DNA from: Candidatus Campbellbacteria bacterium
Lineage (GTDB): Bacteria > Patescibacteriota > Minisyncoccia > Phycocordibacterales > EsbW-18
Assembly (NCBI GenBank): GCA_024653945.1
Contig: JANLIT010000001.1
Coordinates: 20,641 to 84,640, forward strand
Length of the DNA: 64,000 bases
Reading direction: 5' to 3'
The stretch's first letter is position 1; each line of letters starts with the position of its first letter. Positions 1 to 11,401 of the stretch are shown here, piece after piece. A program made the position numbers and the translations under genes. Below the pieces are notes generated by a model that searched no databases, had not been told where the DNA came from, and was given only the letters and a program-made list of their open reading frames with translations.

Positions 1-565
<565 letters not shown>

Positions 566-3500
566 TTATTCGTTTTCTTCTTTTAATTCAACATCAAGCG
601 CGAGACCACGAAGGTAGTGCAAGAGCACGCTGAAGGATGCTGGTGTGTTTGGCTGTGTCAGTCGAGACCCGCGAACAATAGAATCAAACGCGGCTGAACG
701 GCCCATAATGTCATCCGATTTAATCGTAAGCATTTCACGTAGCGTGTATGCTGCACCATAACCCAAGAGCGCCCACACTTCCATTTCTCCAAATCGCTGT
801 CCTCCGTTTTGTGCACGTCCACCAAGTGGCTGTTGTGTAATAAGGGAGTACGGACCAATTGAGCGCATGTGAATCTTGTCTTCAACCATGTGTTCAAGTT
901 TGAGAATGTACATGTATCCAACCGCAATGTCGTTTTCAAACTGCTCACCTGTGCGTCCGTCAGTGAGTTTCATTTTTCCGTTTTCTGAAAAACCGGCTGC
1001 TTTCAATTCAGATTTTATTTCGTCTTCAGATGCTCCCACAAACGGTGGCACAACCGCTTGGTAGCCAAGTGTTTTTGCAGCCATACCGAGGTGCAGTTCA
1101 AGAATCTGACCCAAGTTCATACGGCTCGGCACGCCAAGTGGAGTCAAAATAACATCAACAGGTGTTCCATCTGCCATGTGTGGCATGTCCTCAATAGGAA
1201 CTACGCGTGAAATAACACCCTTATTTCCATGTCGCCCAGCAAGTTTGTCACCAACAGTGATGTTTCGAAGCTGTGCGATTTCAATATAAATTTTCTTGAT
1301 GATTCCAGATTCAAGTTGATCTCCCTTTTCTCGTGAAAAGACTTTGATACCAATAACACGCCCGCGCTTTCCTCCTTCCATGCGAAGTGACGTGTCTTTC
1401 ACATCGCGAGCCTTGTCACCAAAGATGGAACGCAACAGACGTTCTTCTGGAGTTAGTTGTGATTCTCCTTTTGGTGTAATTTTTCCAACAAGAATATCAC
1501 CTGGTTGTACCTCTGAACCAATGCGAATAATTCCTTCTTCATCAAGATTGCGGAGCTTCAGTTCCCCAACGTTTGGAATATCGTTTGTGGTTACTTCTGG
1601 TCCAAGTTTTGTATCGCGTACGTTGGAAGAAAATTCCTCGATGTGAATAGAAGTGAGATAGTTATCACGGACAAGTCGTTCCGACAAAATAATAGCGTCT
1701 TCAAAGTTATTTCCTGACCATGGCATAAACGCAACGAGAAGGTTTTGTCCAAGAGCAATCTGACCATCGGCACTCGTTGATGTGTCGGCAAGCAACTCTC
1801 CACGCTTGACGCTGTCGCCGAGAGATACTGCTGGACGCTGGTGAAACACTGTAAATCCGTTTGTTCGAGAGAAGGTAATGAGTTTGTATTCGTCGTCTTT
1901 TCCTTTTGCATTTTTCACTACAATCTTTTTTGCATCAACGTAGGTTACCTTTCCAGCTTCTCGTGCATAGACCAGTCGTCCCGAATCACGTGCAGCGCGT
2001 TCCTCAATACCTGTTGCAACGAGAGGTACTTCGGGTCGAATACAAGGAACCGCCTGCTTCTGCATGTTTGATGCCATGAGCGCACGGTTTGCTTCGTTGT
2101 GATTCAAAAATGGGACGAGAGCTGTTGCAATTGAGTATGCTTGGTTTGTTGCAACATCAATATACTCAACTTCTTTTGCAGATACTGAAACTGGTCGTCC
2201 CTTCACACGGATGTCAACACGTTCATCAGTTATGACACCTTTATCACTGCGCGCAATAGCAGCATGGGCGATTTTGTAGTTTTGTTCATCTTGCGCATTG
2301 AGATATACCACCTCACCGGAAACAACGCCATTCGTTACTTTCATGTACGGTGTTTCAATAATACCAAAATCGTTGATTCGAGCGTACGTCGCTAGGTGTA
2401 GAATAAGACCTATGTTTGGACCTTCCGGGGTGTGGATAGGACACAAGCGTCCGTAGTGCGATACATGTACATCACGAACTTCAAATCCTGCCCGCTCACG
2501 TGAAAGGCCCCCCGGGCCGAGAGCCGACAGTGTTCGAAGGTGTTCCAATTCAGAAAGGATGTTCTCCTGGGCCATGAATTGAGAAAGTTGGTTTGTGCTG
2601 AAAAACTCCCTAATTTGGCCCTGAAGTGGTCGTGGATTGATGACCTGTGTAGGCATTGTTGTCTCCGTATCAATAATAGACATACGGTCCTGAATGTTTC
2701 GCTTCATACGAGCGAATCCAACACGCATTTTTTGTTGCATCATTTCACCAACATATCGAACGCGACGTGATGCAAGGTCGTCAACGTCGTCCGCCTGTGC
2801 GTCTGGTGTAATATTCAAAGAAACAATGTAATTAATAATGGTGAGTACATCATCCAATGAAAGAGTTCTTTCACCCATTACTTTTTTGTCCATTGACTTG
2901 CCAAAACGTTGATTGAAACGAAAACGTCCAACTTCAGAAAGATCATATCGTTCCGTATTAAATATTGAATTAACAAAATCACGCGCATTTTCTGCAGTTG
3001 CAAGTTCACCGTCACGAAGTTTTTTGTGAATCTCAATAAATGAATCGTCAACCGTTTGAGCGGTGTCATGTGCAAATGTCTTTTCAATAAAAGGGAGTGC
3101 GGGGGTGCCAGCAAACAATTCCAAAATGTCTTCTTTTGTTTGAACACCAAAAACACGCAAGAGGTGTGTTACAGGGAACTTTCTTTTTCTATCAATACGA
3201 ACCTGTAGTGATGCGTTTGGTTCTGTTTCAATTTCAATCCATGCCCCGCGAGATGGAATAATTTTTGCACCAAAATATTCTTTTCCTCGAAATTCCTGTG
3301 ATGTGAACAAAACTCCAAACGAACGGATAAGTTGCGGAACAATGACACGCTCAACACCGTTAATAATGAATGTTCCGTGATCTGTCTGAATAGGAAGGTC
3401 TGAGAGGAAAATTTCTTGCTCTTTCTCAGTACCAAGCGTTTTATTGAGAAGCTTCGCAGTTACTTTCAACTGAACCTCATAACTCAACTTGTTCTCCTTT

Positions 3501-3715
3501 GCGTGGTGTTCGTCATACATGCTCTCAGTACACATTGGATTACTGATGTGTAATTCAAATTTTTTCCCTGAGTAGTCAGAAATAGGTGAAAATTCTTTCA
3601 ACAATTCCTTCACGCCTTTTTCCATCAACCACCTAAAAGATACTATTTGAGCCTCTGAAAGATTCGGAAGTTCAAGGAGTGGCTTTTGATACTTCGCGAA
3701 GACTTTTTGTTGCAT
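566..3715 (-). CDS. rpoB: DNA-directed RNA polymerase subunit beta
   Basis: GTFIINGVERVIV, HYGRLCPIHTPEGPNIGL, GDKLAGRHGNKG, GGQRFGEMEVWAL motifs; likely start MQQKVF. Confidence 0.99.
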   Translation of the reverse strand: MQQKVFAKYQKPLLELPNLSEAQIVSFRWLMEKGVKELLKEFSPISDYSGKKFELHISNPMCTESMYDEHHAKENKLSYEVQLKVTAKLLNKTLGTEKEQEIFLSDLPIQTDHGTFIINGVERVIVPQLIRSFGVLFTSQEFRGKEYFGAKIIPSRGAWIEIETEPNASLQVRIDRKRKFPVTHLLRVFGVQTKEDILELFAGTPALPFIEKTFAHDTAQTVDDSFIEIHKKLRDGELATAENARDFVNSIFNTERYDLSEVGRFRFNQRFGKSMDKKVMGERTLSLDDVLTIINYIVSLNITPDAQADDVDDLASRRVRYVGEMMQQKMRVGFARMKRNIQDRMSIIDTETTMPTQVINPRPLQGQIREFFSTNQLSQFMAQENILSELEHLRTLSALGPGGLSRERAGFEVRDVHVSHYGRLCPIHTPEGPNIGLILHLATYARINDFGIIETPYMKVTNGVVSGEVVYLNAQDEQNYKIAHAAIARSDKGVITDERVDIRVKGRPVSVSAKEVEYIDVATNQAYSIATALVPFLNHNEANRALMASNMQKQAVPCIRPEVPLVATGIEERAARDSGRLVYAREAGKVTYVDAKKIVVKNAKGKDDEYKLITFSRTNGFTVFHQRPAVSLGDSVKRGELLADTSTSADGQIALGQNLLVAFMPWSGNNFEDAIILSERLVRDNYLTSIHIEEFSSNVRDTKLGPEVTTNDIPNVGELKLRNLDEEGIIRIGSEVQPGDILVGKITPKGESQLTPEERLLRSIFGDKARDVKDTSLRMEGGKRGRVIGIKVFSREKGDQLESGIIKKIYIEIAQLRNITVGDKLAGRHGNKGVISRVVPIEDMPHMADGTPVDVILTPLGVPSRMNLGQILELHLGMAAKTLGYQAVVPPFVGASEDEIKSELKAAGFSENGKMKLTDGRTGEQFENDIAVGYMYILKLEHMVEDKIHMRSIGPYSLITQQPLGGRAQNGGQRFGEMEVWALLGYGAAYTLREMLTIKSDDIMGRSAAFDSIVRGSRLTQPNTPASFSVLLHYLRGLALDVELKEENE

Positions 3716-3876
3716 ATAATTACGTAAAAAGGGACGCACGAAGCCAAACCTTGGATAAAGGTTTGTCAACACAAGTCACAAAAAGTTATCTGCTAGCTAG
3801 GTCTAGCAAAATATGTGTTTAATCTATAAAAATCCGAGAGTGCCCCATAACTCACTCTACCCCCTGATTAGACGCC

Positions 3877-3929
3877 ATTCTAAATTAAATATCGTTTGCA
3901 GTCAAGCCTTTTTTGTGGTGTGTGGATAA
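3877..3929 (-). promoter_or_regulatory. sigma70-type promoter for rpoBC with upstream DnaA box
   Basis: TTGACT-N17-TAGAAT (3905..3877) on the minus strand; TGTGGATAA at 3921-3929. Confidence 0.65.
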
Positions 3930-3930
3930 C

Positions 3931-4587
3931 TTACTTTTTGTGCGTATTCTTTCTCCAATTGTCAATGTTTTTGTGATGTCCGGATGAGAGAACTGCGGGT
4001 ACACGGCGCGACTTCCCTTTCCAGACGAATGCGTCGGGTCGTGTGTATACATCTCTTGACGCAATACGTTTCTCTTCAAGGGATTCGTAAGCACCGAGAA
4101 CTCCTTTAATGTGTCGTGCAACCGAATCAATAACAACAAGTGCCGGAATTTCTCCTCCGGTAAGCACATACGGACCGATTGATATGTCTTCTGCTTTCAA
4201 AATTCGTCTGACACGCGCATCAACACCTTCATATCGTCCTGCGATACAAATAATGTGGTCATATCGTTTTGCAAGCGTGCGAGCGAATACATTTGTAAAT
4301 TGTTTTCCAGTTGGAGAAAAGAAAATAATTTTTGTACGTTCTTTTTTATTTTTTCTTTTCTTCTGTACAGATTCTATCGCCTTCAAAATAGGTTCTGCTT
4401 TCATGACCATGCCCGGACCACCACCGTATGGTTTATCATCAGTTTTGTGGTGTTTGTCTGTCGTAAACGTTCGTGGATTTATAAAAGAAACGGAAAGGAG
4501 TTTTTTCTCTTGTGCCCGCTTCAAAATAGAGCTCTGTACGTAGGACTCAATTGATTCTGGAAAAAGAGTAATGACGGTGCATTTCAT
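3931..4587 (-). CDS. trmD: tRNA (guanine37-N1)-methyltransferase
   Basis: DDKPYGGGPGMVM, GRYEGVDAR, SIGPYVLTGGE. Confidence 0.97.
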   Translation of the reverse strand: MKCTVITLFPESIESYVQSSILKRAQEKKLLSVSFINPRTFTTDKHHKTDDKPYGGGPGMVMKAEPILKAIESVQKKRKNKKERTKIIFFSPTGKQFTNVFARTLAKRYDHIICIAGRYEGVDARVRRILKAEDISIGPYVLTGGEIPALVVIDSVARHIKGVLGAYESLEEKRIASRDVYTRPDAFVWKGKSRRVPAVLSSGHHKNIDNWRKNTHKK

Positions 4588-4666
4588 GCCGACATCCTAA
4601 CACACAACCCGCTTTTGTGGCGGGTTGTGTTTTGATACATGTTTTGTGTTACATGCTGCGTGTCTT

Positions 4667-4978
4667 CTATTCTTTCAATGCTGCCATCGCATCGTCAATA
4701 TTTGCTGCGGCCATTCGTGTTGAACCTTCTGGTTCAAGAATTTTCAAATTAACACGTGCATTGTTTCGCATGCCGACAACTCGGAGCAAAGTGCGAATTG
4801 CTTTTGCTGTGTTGCCTGAACGGCCGACGACAGTACCCATGTCTTTTTGATTAACCTTCAATGTAATAAGCACGCCCATCTCATCGACGGTGCGAACGAC
4901 TTTCACATCAGCCGGAACTTCTACAAGCGCCTTAACAACTGCTTCAAGAAATACTGCGTCTTGATACTCTTGTGTCAT
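4667..4978 (-). CDS. khpA: KH-domain RNA-binding protein (KhpA/YlqC)
   Basis: DMGTVVGRSGNTAKAIRTLL; lies between rpsP and trmD. Confidence 0.9.
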   Translation of the reverse strand: MTQEYQDAVFLEAVVKALVEVPADVKVVRTVDEMGVLITLKVNQKDMGTVVGRSGNTAKAIRTLLRVVGMRNNARVNLKILEPEGSTRMAAANIDDAMAALKE

Positions 4979-5127
4979 GGTATGTGACTAAGTTCTAGTA
5001 AACCTGTTTAACTTTCAAACAGAGCCCCCTCGGCGATTACCGACGGTTTGAGTATGAGTATACTGTTTGAATAAAAAAATGTCCACGGCTTTTGAGGGCC
5101 GTGAATATTTTTAAAATTGTATGAAAG

Positions 5128-5619
5128 TTAGGCTGTTGGGGTCTCTTCTGGAGCTAGTACTGGTACTTCTTCTGCTAGGGTTGCTGGAGTTTCTTCAACA
5201 GAAACCACTGGAACTTCTTCTGCGACAGGCGTTGGTACCTCCTCAACAGGAGCTACTGGAACTTCTTCTGCAACAGATGCCTCAACTATGGCCTCCGCTT
5301 GAACTGGTGCTGGAGCTACTGTTACTTCGGGCTCATCCTTCTTGATAGGACTTTTCTTAGGAAGAGCGTTTCGCTTTTTGCCCTCAACTGCTCCAGCTGT
5401 TACGAGCATGTTGTATACCGTGTCTGATGGTTGTGCTCCTTTAGACATCCAGTACTTTGCTTTTTCAGAGTCAAGTGTTTTTTGCTTTGTCACTGCATTA
5501 TAAAAACCAATTTGGTCAACGTGTTTGCCCGCCTTTGGACCCTGTGTTGACTCAAGAACAACCACTCGGAATGAGGGGTCATTTTTTCGTCCAACGCGTT
5601 GTAGTCGTATTTTTAGCAT
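5128..5619 (-). CDS. rpsP: 30S ribosomal protein S16 with acidic Pro/Glu/Val-rich tail
   Basis: MLKIRLQRVGRKNDPSFRVVV...GAQPSDTV. Confidence 0.97.
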   Translation of the reverse strand: MLKIRLQRVGRKNDPSFRVVVLESTQGPKAGKHVDQIGFYNAVTKQKTLDSEKAKYWMSKGAQPSDTVYNMLVTAGAVEGKKRNALPKKSPIKKDEPEVTVAPAPVQAEAIVEASVAEEVPVAPVEEVPTPVAEEVPVVSVEETPATLAEEVPVLAPEETPTA

Positions 5620-5678
5620 GTGAAATGAAAACTGCCATCTGGCAGTTGTGATACTGTACCAAATACTCGCATAAAAGA

Positions 5679-5708
5679 CAATCCCACCCTGAGCTTAGGG
5701 TGGGATTG
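5679..5708 (-). terminator. intrinsic terminator of the 5736-7114 cassette
   Basis: caatcccaccct-gagctt-agggtgggattg hairpin followed by a T-rich run on the minus strand. Confidence 0.7.
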
Positions 5709-5735
5709 AAAGAACAAACAGAAAGGAGAACCCAT

Positions 5736-6398
5736 CTAGTTTCCCGACCACGTGAACTTGTGCGTCCAGTTACTTGAGCTGGTGTTGGTGTAGCTGTTGC
5801 AGTTGACGCCCGGTGTACAATAATCACCGCTCGGAAACCGCGACGTGTTTTTGGAACGAGAAGCCGAGCCTGTGGTGGTGTAACCTGCATGCACGTGTGT
5901 TCCATTCCACGCACCACATCCTGTGTCTTGAATCATGCTTCCGAGAGTTCGTGAGTTGAGTTCCCCACTACCAGACGTGGCAATGGAAAAATCTGCAGTT
6001 GAATTCATTGACGCGTGAAGGTATCGCATCGTGCCTCGAATTTGCAGAGCAGCAGTATCCACAATGTATGCTCTCTGCTCTTCGCATCTGTCACCACCGC
6101 CACTAATACGAACGCGTTTTCCTATGAGTCGATTGGTTTCGCGCGGAGAACCGCCTCTCGTAAAAATACCTCGGAAATAAACAGAGGAGGTACTCGTGTT
6201 GTCCCAATCAAGAAAGTCCCCACTTCCAGCTCCACACGAACCACCATGGAAACCGCAGGTGAGAGTTGGTGCTTGTCCGGAAGAACCAGACGCTGGGAGC
6301 ATCTTCACAAGATACGTGACGAGCGGGGCACTCTCGGTGGGCACGGAAAAACCCAACAGCACACCAAGAAAAATCGGGAACATCCATCGGAATCTCAT
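5736..6398 (-). CDS. secreted Cys-rich protein, divergent M23-peptidase-like
   Basis: Signal peptide; GFH..DFLD, YLH and GTHVH motifs in M23 order; SD AAGGAG. Confidence 0.5.
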   Translation of the reverse strand: MRFRWMFPIFLGVLLGFSVPTESAPLVTYLVKMLPASGSSGQAPTLTCGFHGGSCGAGSGDFLDWDNTSTSSVYFRGIFTRGGSPRETNRLIGKRVRISGGGDRCEEQRAYIVDTAALQIRGTMRYLHASMNSTADFSIATSGSGELNSRTLGSMIQDTGCGAWNGTHVHAGYTTTGSASRSKNTSRFPSGDYCTPGVNCNSYTNTSSSNWTHKFTWSGN

Positions 6399-6412
6399 CC
6401 CATTCTCCTTTT

Positions 6413-7114
6413 CTACTGCGTACGCGTTGTTGACGCGACGAGTTCAACAAGTTTCATAAACTCATCACGAGACAGGTTTGCTGTGCCGATAAATGTCTTT
6501 CCGAACGATTCGGAAATCCACGCATTTCCGTTTTCCAAAAAACCTTCTTTGGTCAACGGTTCAATAACAACCACATCTCTTCCTGCAATCTTCATGAGCT
6601 TTGGACGTTCCGAAGAAACACTCACTTCGTCGTATTCAAGAATACTTCGCCCGATGATAATGTTTGCGTTGTCATAGGGCGACTTGAAGGAATACACTCT
6701 GCGAGCTGCGTAGACAATGTCGTTATCCGCACATGCAATAACTCCATTGTTTATGTCGTCTTCCTGCAAAACATAACCCTCAGAAAGATCCAGCGTAAGT
6801 TCAAGTGCTCCTGCACGATCCCAAGAGACGTCCACAGACCCAGAATCGGGTGACCCGCAGACATCTTCATACGAGGTGAACTTCTCTGGTACGGGTGTGC
6901 CTTGTGGTGCAAGAAAGATACCACCGATTTCACCCTCGAAACGTGGTTTAGCGCGCTCCTGCGCTTCCAGAGCACTGTTGTCGGGAATACGCTGAAGACG
7001 AACCTCATCATCAGCAACGAGTGTGGTGCGCAGGTAGAGAGCCCCAACAAAACCAGACACGATGAGAAGTGCGAAAAGAAAAATGGCGCGAAACGACAAC
7101 ATACGAATGTTCAT
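6413..7114 (-). CDS. membrane-anchored extracytoplasmic hypothetical protein
   Basis: N-terminal TM helix; SD AAGGAG at 7121-7126; abuts 5736-6398. Confidence 0.75.
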   Translation of the reverse strand: MNIRMLSFRAIFLFALLIVSGFVGALYLRTTLVADDEVRLQRIPDNSALEAQERAKPRFEGEIGGIFLAPQGTPVPEKFTSYEDVCGSPDSGSVDVSWDRAGALELTLDLSEGYVLQEDDINNGVIACADNDIVYAARRVYSFKSPYDNANIIIGRSILEYDEVSVSSERPKLMKIAGRDVVVIEPLTKEGFLENGNAWISESFGKTFIGTANLSRDEFMKLVELVASTTRTQ

Positions 7115-7360
7115 TGTGTGCTCCTTGTGGTTAGTGATAGTTAATAAACAACTGCCCTTTGCTACACGATAGAAAACTTTTTTCCTCCTTTCTGTTGTCA
7201 AAGATCTGTCTGAGCATGAGTATATGTATGAGAGGTGAAGGAAAAATAAAGTGTTACATACAGTATAAAACACTCTCATGAAGGATAAAAATTAAAATAA
7301 CCAAACGCATAGTAGTGCAAAAAGTGCCTAAAATATGGTATTCTTATCCCCACACAAGAC

Positions 7361-9337
7361 ATGAAAGGCAAGAAACACCCCCATCACGACCGCCGTGCCC
7401 ACAAAAAAAAGGACGCACCAAAGCGATCAACACAACGATTTGAAAACACCATCCGCACGATTGCTCGAGGTGTTGGTTTTGTTCCACACCCGAGCATAGA
7501 AAAAGAGGATGTTCGTATTGAAAATGACAACCTCAACACCGCACTCAATAACGACCTCGTTGAGGTAGAACTTCTCGGAAAAAAATTGCGTGACCAACAC
7601 CTGGGCTGTGTAATTCGTGTGGTCCATCGTTCACGAACAAAATTTGTGGGAAACGTTGTTGAGGAAGACGATATGACATTTCTCATTCCCGACGACCGAA
7701 AAAGCTACATTAAAATACTACTTTCAAAAGATGAAAAACTCTCTATTGCTGAAAAAGTATTTGTAGAGCTTTTACCGTGGACTGACCCAAAAGAGCTACC
7801 TCGTGGAAAAGTGATTGAACGACTCGGCACCAAAGGTGTACATGAAGTTGAAATTCGTTCCATTATTTTGGAAAAAGGAATTGATGATACGTTTCCAAAA
7901 GCGGTTGAGGATGAGGCGGAGAAAATACACTCCGCATATAAAACAGAAAACAACCTTGTGGGACGTAAAGATTTTCGCAATGTACCAACATTCACCATTG
8001 ACCCCGTTGATGCAAAAGATTTTGATGATGCAATTTCATTTCAATCTCTTCCCGATGGCACCTACGAAATTGGTGTGCACATTGCTGACGTATCGCACTT
8101 TGTCACACCCGGAAGTGCCCTTGACCAGGAATCCTACAAACGCGCGTTTTCTGCATACCTTGTTGACCGCACCATTCCGATGCTTCCTGAAATTCTTTCA
8201 AATGATTTGTGTAGCTTGAAAGCAGATGTTGACCGACTCACCTTCTCTGCATGGTTCACCCTTGTACAAGACGGCACTGTGCTCACCCGCAATTTTGGAA
8301 AATCAATCATTCACTCGGACAAACGCTTCACCTATGAAGAGGCGCAGGAGGTCTTAAACGCCGGCTCAGGGCTTTATTTTAAAGAACTCAATACACTCAA
8401 CACCATTGCAAAGAAATCACGCGATGAACGCATGGCGTCTGGCGCTATTGATTTTGAACAACACGAGGTGCGTTTTGAACTTGCCGATGATGGTGTTCCC
8501 TTGTCCGCATATTTGAAAGAACGTCTTGATACACACAAATTAATTGAGGAGTTCATGTTACTTGCCAACAGAGAAGTTGCTGAACATGTGCGAAATAAAT
8601 ATGGAAAAGCTCGCCACGCATTCATCTATCGCATCCATGACACACCAAATATGGAGAAAATTAAAGATCTCGCTGAGTTTGCACACGCGCTTGGTCACAC
8701 TCTTGAAATCTCTCCAAAAGGAACAGTGACCGGAAAAGCACTCAACAAACTTTTTAAAGATGTTGAAGGAACTCCCGAAGAAGACCTCATCGCGACAGCG
8801 GGTGTACGTTCTATGTCAAAAGCTATCTACTCAACGGCAAATATTGGACACTTTGGTCTTGCGCTTCCCGCCTATACACACTTTACGTCTCCTATTCGCC
8901 GATACGCTGATCTTATTGTGCACCGTCTTTTGGATTACATGAATACTAATGGCCAACTCCCCAATGAAGATTATGCGACATACGCAGCCATTGCCGACAG
9001 TATTTCAAACCGCGAGCTTTCCATTATTGAAGCCGAGCGCGAATCCATCAAACTTAAACAGGCAGAATACATGAACGCACGTATTGGAGAGGCTTTTGAT
9101 GCGGTTATTTCAGGCGTATCCGAATGGGGTATTTTTGTTGAAGAAATGAATACACACGCCGAAGGGCTGATTCGTCTCTCCGACATGCCAAATGATTTCT
9201 ACAAATACGAACAAAAAAAGTATCGCATCATTGGACAAAAAACACACAAGACGTATGCACTCGGAGACCAAGTACGCATAACCATCAAAGCGGTTGATGT
9301 GGACAAAAAATTGATTGAGTGTGCCCTCGTTGCGTAA
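7361..9337 (+). CDS. rnr: ribonuclease R
   Basis: TIDPVDAKDFDDA, YTHFTSPIRRYADL, C-terminal S1 domain. Confidence 0.97.
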   Translation: MKGKKHPHHDRRAHKKKDAPKRSTQRFENTIRTIARGVGFVPHPSIEKEDVRIENDNLNTALNNDLVEVELLGKKLRDQHLGCVIRVVHRSRTKFVGNVVEEDDMTFLIPDDRKSYIKILLSKDEKLSIAEKVFVELLPWTDPKELPRGKVIERLGTKGVHEVEIRSIILEKGIDDTFPKAVEDEAEKIHSAYKTENNLVGRKDFRNVPTFTIDPVDAKDFDDAISFQSLPDGTYEIGVHIADVSHFVTPGSALDQESYKRAFSAYLVDRTIPMLPEILSNDLCSLKADVDRLTFSAWFTLVQDGTVLTRNFGKSIIHSDKRFTYEEAQEVLNAGSGLYFKELNTLNTIAKKSRDERMASGAIDFEQHEVRFELADDGVPLSAYLKERLDTHKLIEEFMLLANREVAEHVRNKYGKARHAFIYRIHDTPNMEKIKDLAEFAHALGHTLEISPKGTVTGKALNKLFKDVEGTPEEDLIATAGVRSMSKAIYSTANIGHFGLALPAYTHFTSPIRRYADLIVHRLLDYMNTNGQLPNEDYATYAAIADSISNRELSIIEAERESIKLKQAEYMNARIGEAFDAVISGVSEWGIFVEEMNTHAEGLIRLSDMPNDFYKYEQKKYRIIGQKTHKTYALGDQVRITIKAVDVDKKLIECALVA

Positions 9338-9345
9338 AGATATGA

Positions 9346-9383
9346 GAACGCCCCGCGTATCCGTTTGGATACGCGGGGCGTTT
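9346..9383. terminator. terminator hairpin between convergent genes
   Basis: aacgccccgcgtatcc-gttt-ggatacgcggggcgtt. Confidence 0.8.
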
Positions 9384-9421
9384 GCTATTTGCTATTAGAT
9401 ATTTGATATTTCCCCCAAGAA

Positions 9422-11257
9422 CTACATCCCCGCCAACTGCTCAAGAAGAATCAAGAGAAGCTGACGCATGAGAGAAACGAGCTCTGTCCGGAGTTCAGCA
9501 ATAAGCTTTGTTTGTTCATCGAAGGTAAGTGGTTGTGGTGTTGGAGAAATAGGTGGTGGTGTCGATGGCGTACTGATGCGTGCTCCTCCTCCACTGCCAC
9601 CTCCAGCACTTGTGGAGTCATCATCGTTGGTGAGCGTACAGGTGTAGGTACCACCTGCAGACATAGTAATGGTACCGTCTGTCGCACAGTCACCTCCCCA
9701 TGTTGAGGTATAGGTGTAACCTGCGGGAGTACTGTGGGTAAGGGTATGTGACGCTGCAACGGTTGTTGTTGCAGTGCCACTCGTGATGGTGAGGCCGTCG
9801 AGATTGAGAGTGAAGTCGCTTATTGTGGCAGTGCCTTGGTCATCATTGGTGACCGTGGTGGTGACGGTGAGAGTGGGTGCGATGTCGTCGTTCGTGATGG
9901 TGCAGGTTGCCGTGTCTCCAAGCGCGAGCGTGATGGTGCCGTCAGCGGCACAATCACCTCCCCAGTCACCTGCAGTGTATGTCGCGTCTTCTGTTTCAGT
10001 GATGGTGTATGTGCCTGCGACAAGGGTTGTAGTTGCCACACCGCTTGTGATGCTCACGCCGTCAACGAACAGTGGAAAATCACCGACCACCGCAGTGCCT
10101 CCGTGGTCGTTCACGACCGTTTTGGTGACGGTGAGCTCTGGAGGAAAAGTTCCGTATGCGAATTTGAGATCGCTGTTGGTAGTGTCAAAATAACTTATAT
10201 ACGCCGAGCCATCTGCATCAAGCACGATTGAGAGGTAAGCCCCAACATCACCAGTAGAATCAATGACGGTAATCGTTTTCGTAGAACATGTTGCATTGGT
10301 ACATTGAGCAAATTTGAGATCGTCGTTGGTGTCGTCATAGTATGCAATGCGTGCAAAACCATCTGTACCAAGGGCTATAGAATTAAAGATCCCTATACCA
10401 GTCTCCGTCGCATCAATGGTTGTATTGGTCTTTGTCGAACATGATGCGTTGGTACATTGAATAAAAAATAAAAGTGTCCCGGCACTCCCGTAGTAACTAA
10501 TCCGTCCAAGATCACCGGCCGTTAAGGCGAGAGAAGATACGACCAGACCAACATCGCCCGTTGGGTCAGGATACGTAATAACGCTTGCCGAACACGCCGC
10601 GTTTGTACACTGTACAAATTTTAAAGCGGCGTTTGAAGCATCATTATAGGTAATACGCGCAAAGCCATCACTACCAAGAACAAGAGATGTGTTTTCTCCA
10701 ACCATATCCGCAGAATCTACAGTAGTGATGACGCTGGTCGAACAAGCAGCATTGGTACATTGAACAAATTTGAGATCTTTATTGGTAGTATCGTAGTATG
10801 AAATTCTCGCAAAACCATCAGAATCAAGAATAGCCAGAGAGGTATACTTTCCAACAATACCCACTGAATCAATCGTTGTGATAACGCTTGTTGAACACGC
10901 GTCATTAGTACATTGAACAAATTTAAGGGCACTGTTAGTAATGTCATAGTATGAAATCCGCGCAAAGCCATCTGAACTAATAGCGATGGAGGTAAATTGT
11001 CCGACGTCACCCGTTGAATCAATAGTCGTAACAACATTTGTCGTACAATCAATGTTCGTACACTGAATAAATTTTAAATTTGCATTTGTAACGTCATAGT
11101 AGGCAACGCGCGCAAAACCATCAAGACCAAGTATTGTGGATGTATATGATCCAACATTTCCTGTTGAATCAATCGCCGTTTTTGTCCATGTTGCCGCAGA
11201 AACAACTGACGGAACGCTGATAATTAAAAACGCAACGATAAATAAAAGTTTTTTCAT
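9422..11257 (-). CDS. secreted surface protein: ~7 Cys-pair beta-propeller-like repeats plus two Thr-rich Ig-like modules
   Basis: Repeats of DSxGxVGxxTS...DGFARISYYD.TN..LKFxQCTNxxC; two LTVTxTVxND.GTA...WGGDC..DGTIT modules; CPR-type C-terminal helix. Confidence 0.85.
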   Translation of the reverse strand: MKKLLFIVAFLIISVPSVVSAATWTKTAIDSTGNVGSYTSTILGLDGFARVAYYDVTNANLKFIQCTNIDCTTNVVTTIDSTGDVGQFTSIAISSDGFARISYYDITNSALKFVQCTNDACSTSVITTIDSVGIVGKYTSLAILDSDGFARISYYDTTNKDLKFVQCTNAACSTSVITTVDSADMVGENTSLVLGSDGFARITYNDASNAALKFVQCTNAACSASVITYPDPTGDVGLVVSSLALTAGDLGRISYYGSAGTLLFFIQCTNASCSTKTNTTIDATETGIGIFNSIALGTDGFARIAYYDDTNDDLKFAQCTNATCSTKTITVIDSTGDVGAYLSIVLDADGSAYISYFDTTNSDLKFAYGTFPPELTVTKTVVNDHGGTAVVGDFPLFVDGVSITSGVATTTLVAGTYTITETEDATYTAGDWGGDCAADGTITLALGDTATCTITNDDIAPTLTVTTTVTNDDQGTATISDFTLNLDGLTITSGTATTTVAASHTLTHSTPAGYTYTSTWGGDCATDGTITMSAGGTYTCTLTNDDDSTSAGGGSGGGARISTPSTPPPISPTPQPLTFDEQTKLIAELRTELVSLMRQLLLILLEQLAGM

Positions 11258-11401
11258 CCCGTTAGAAATGCCCGTTGAAGGTAGATACTGTTTCATAAAT
11301 ACTATGTAGCGAGGTGTAACCTCGCTCATGATTAGAGAATATGAGAACAGAATATCATTTTTACCCCCCCCCGCACATTTTTTGTGTATAACTTTTAAAA
11401 C

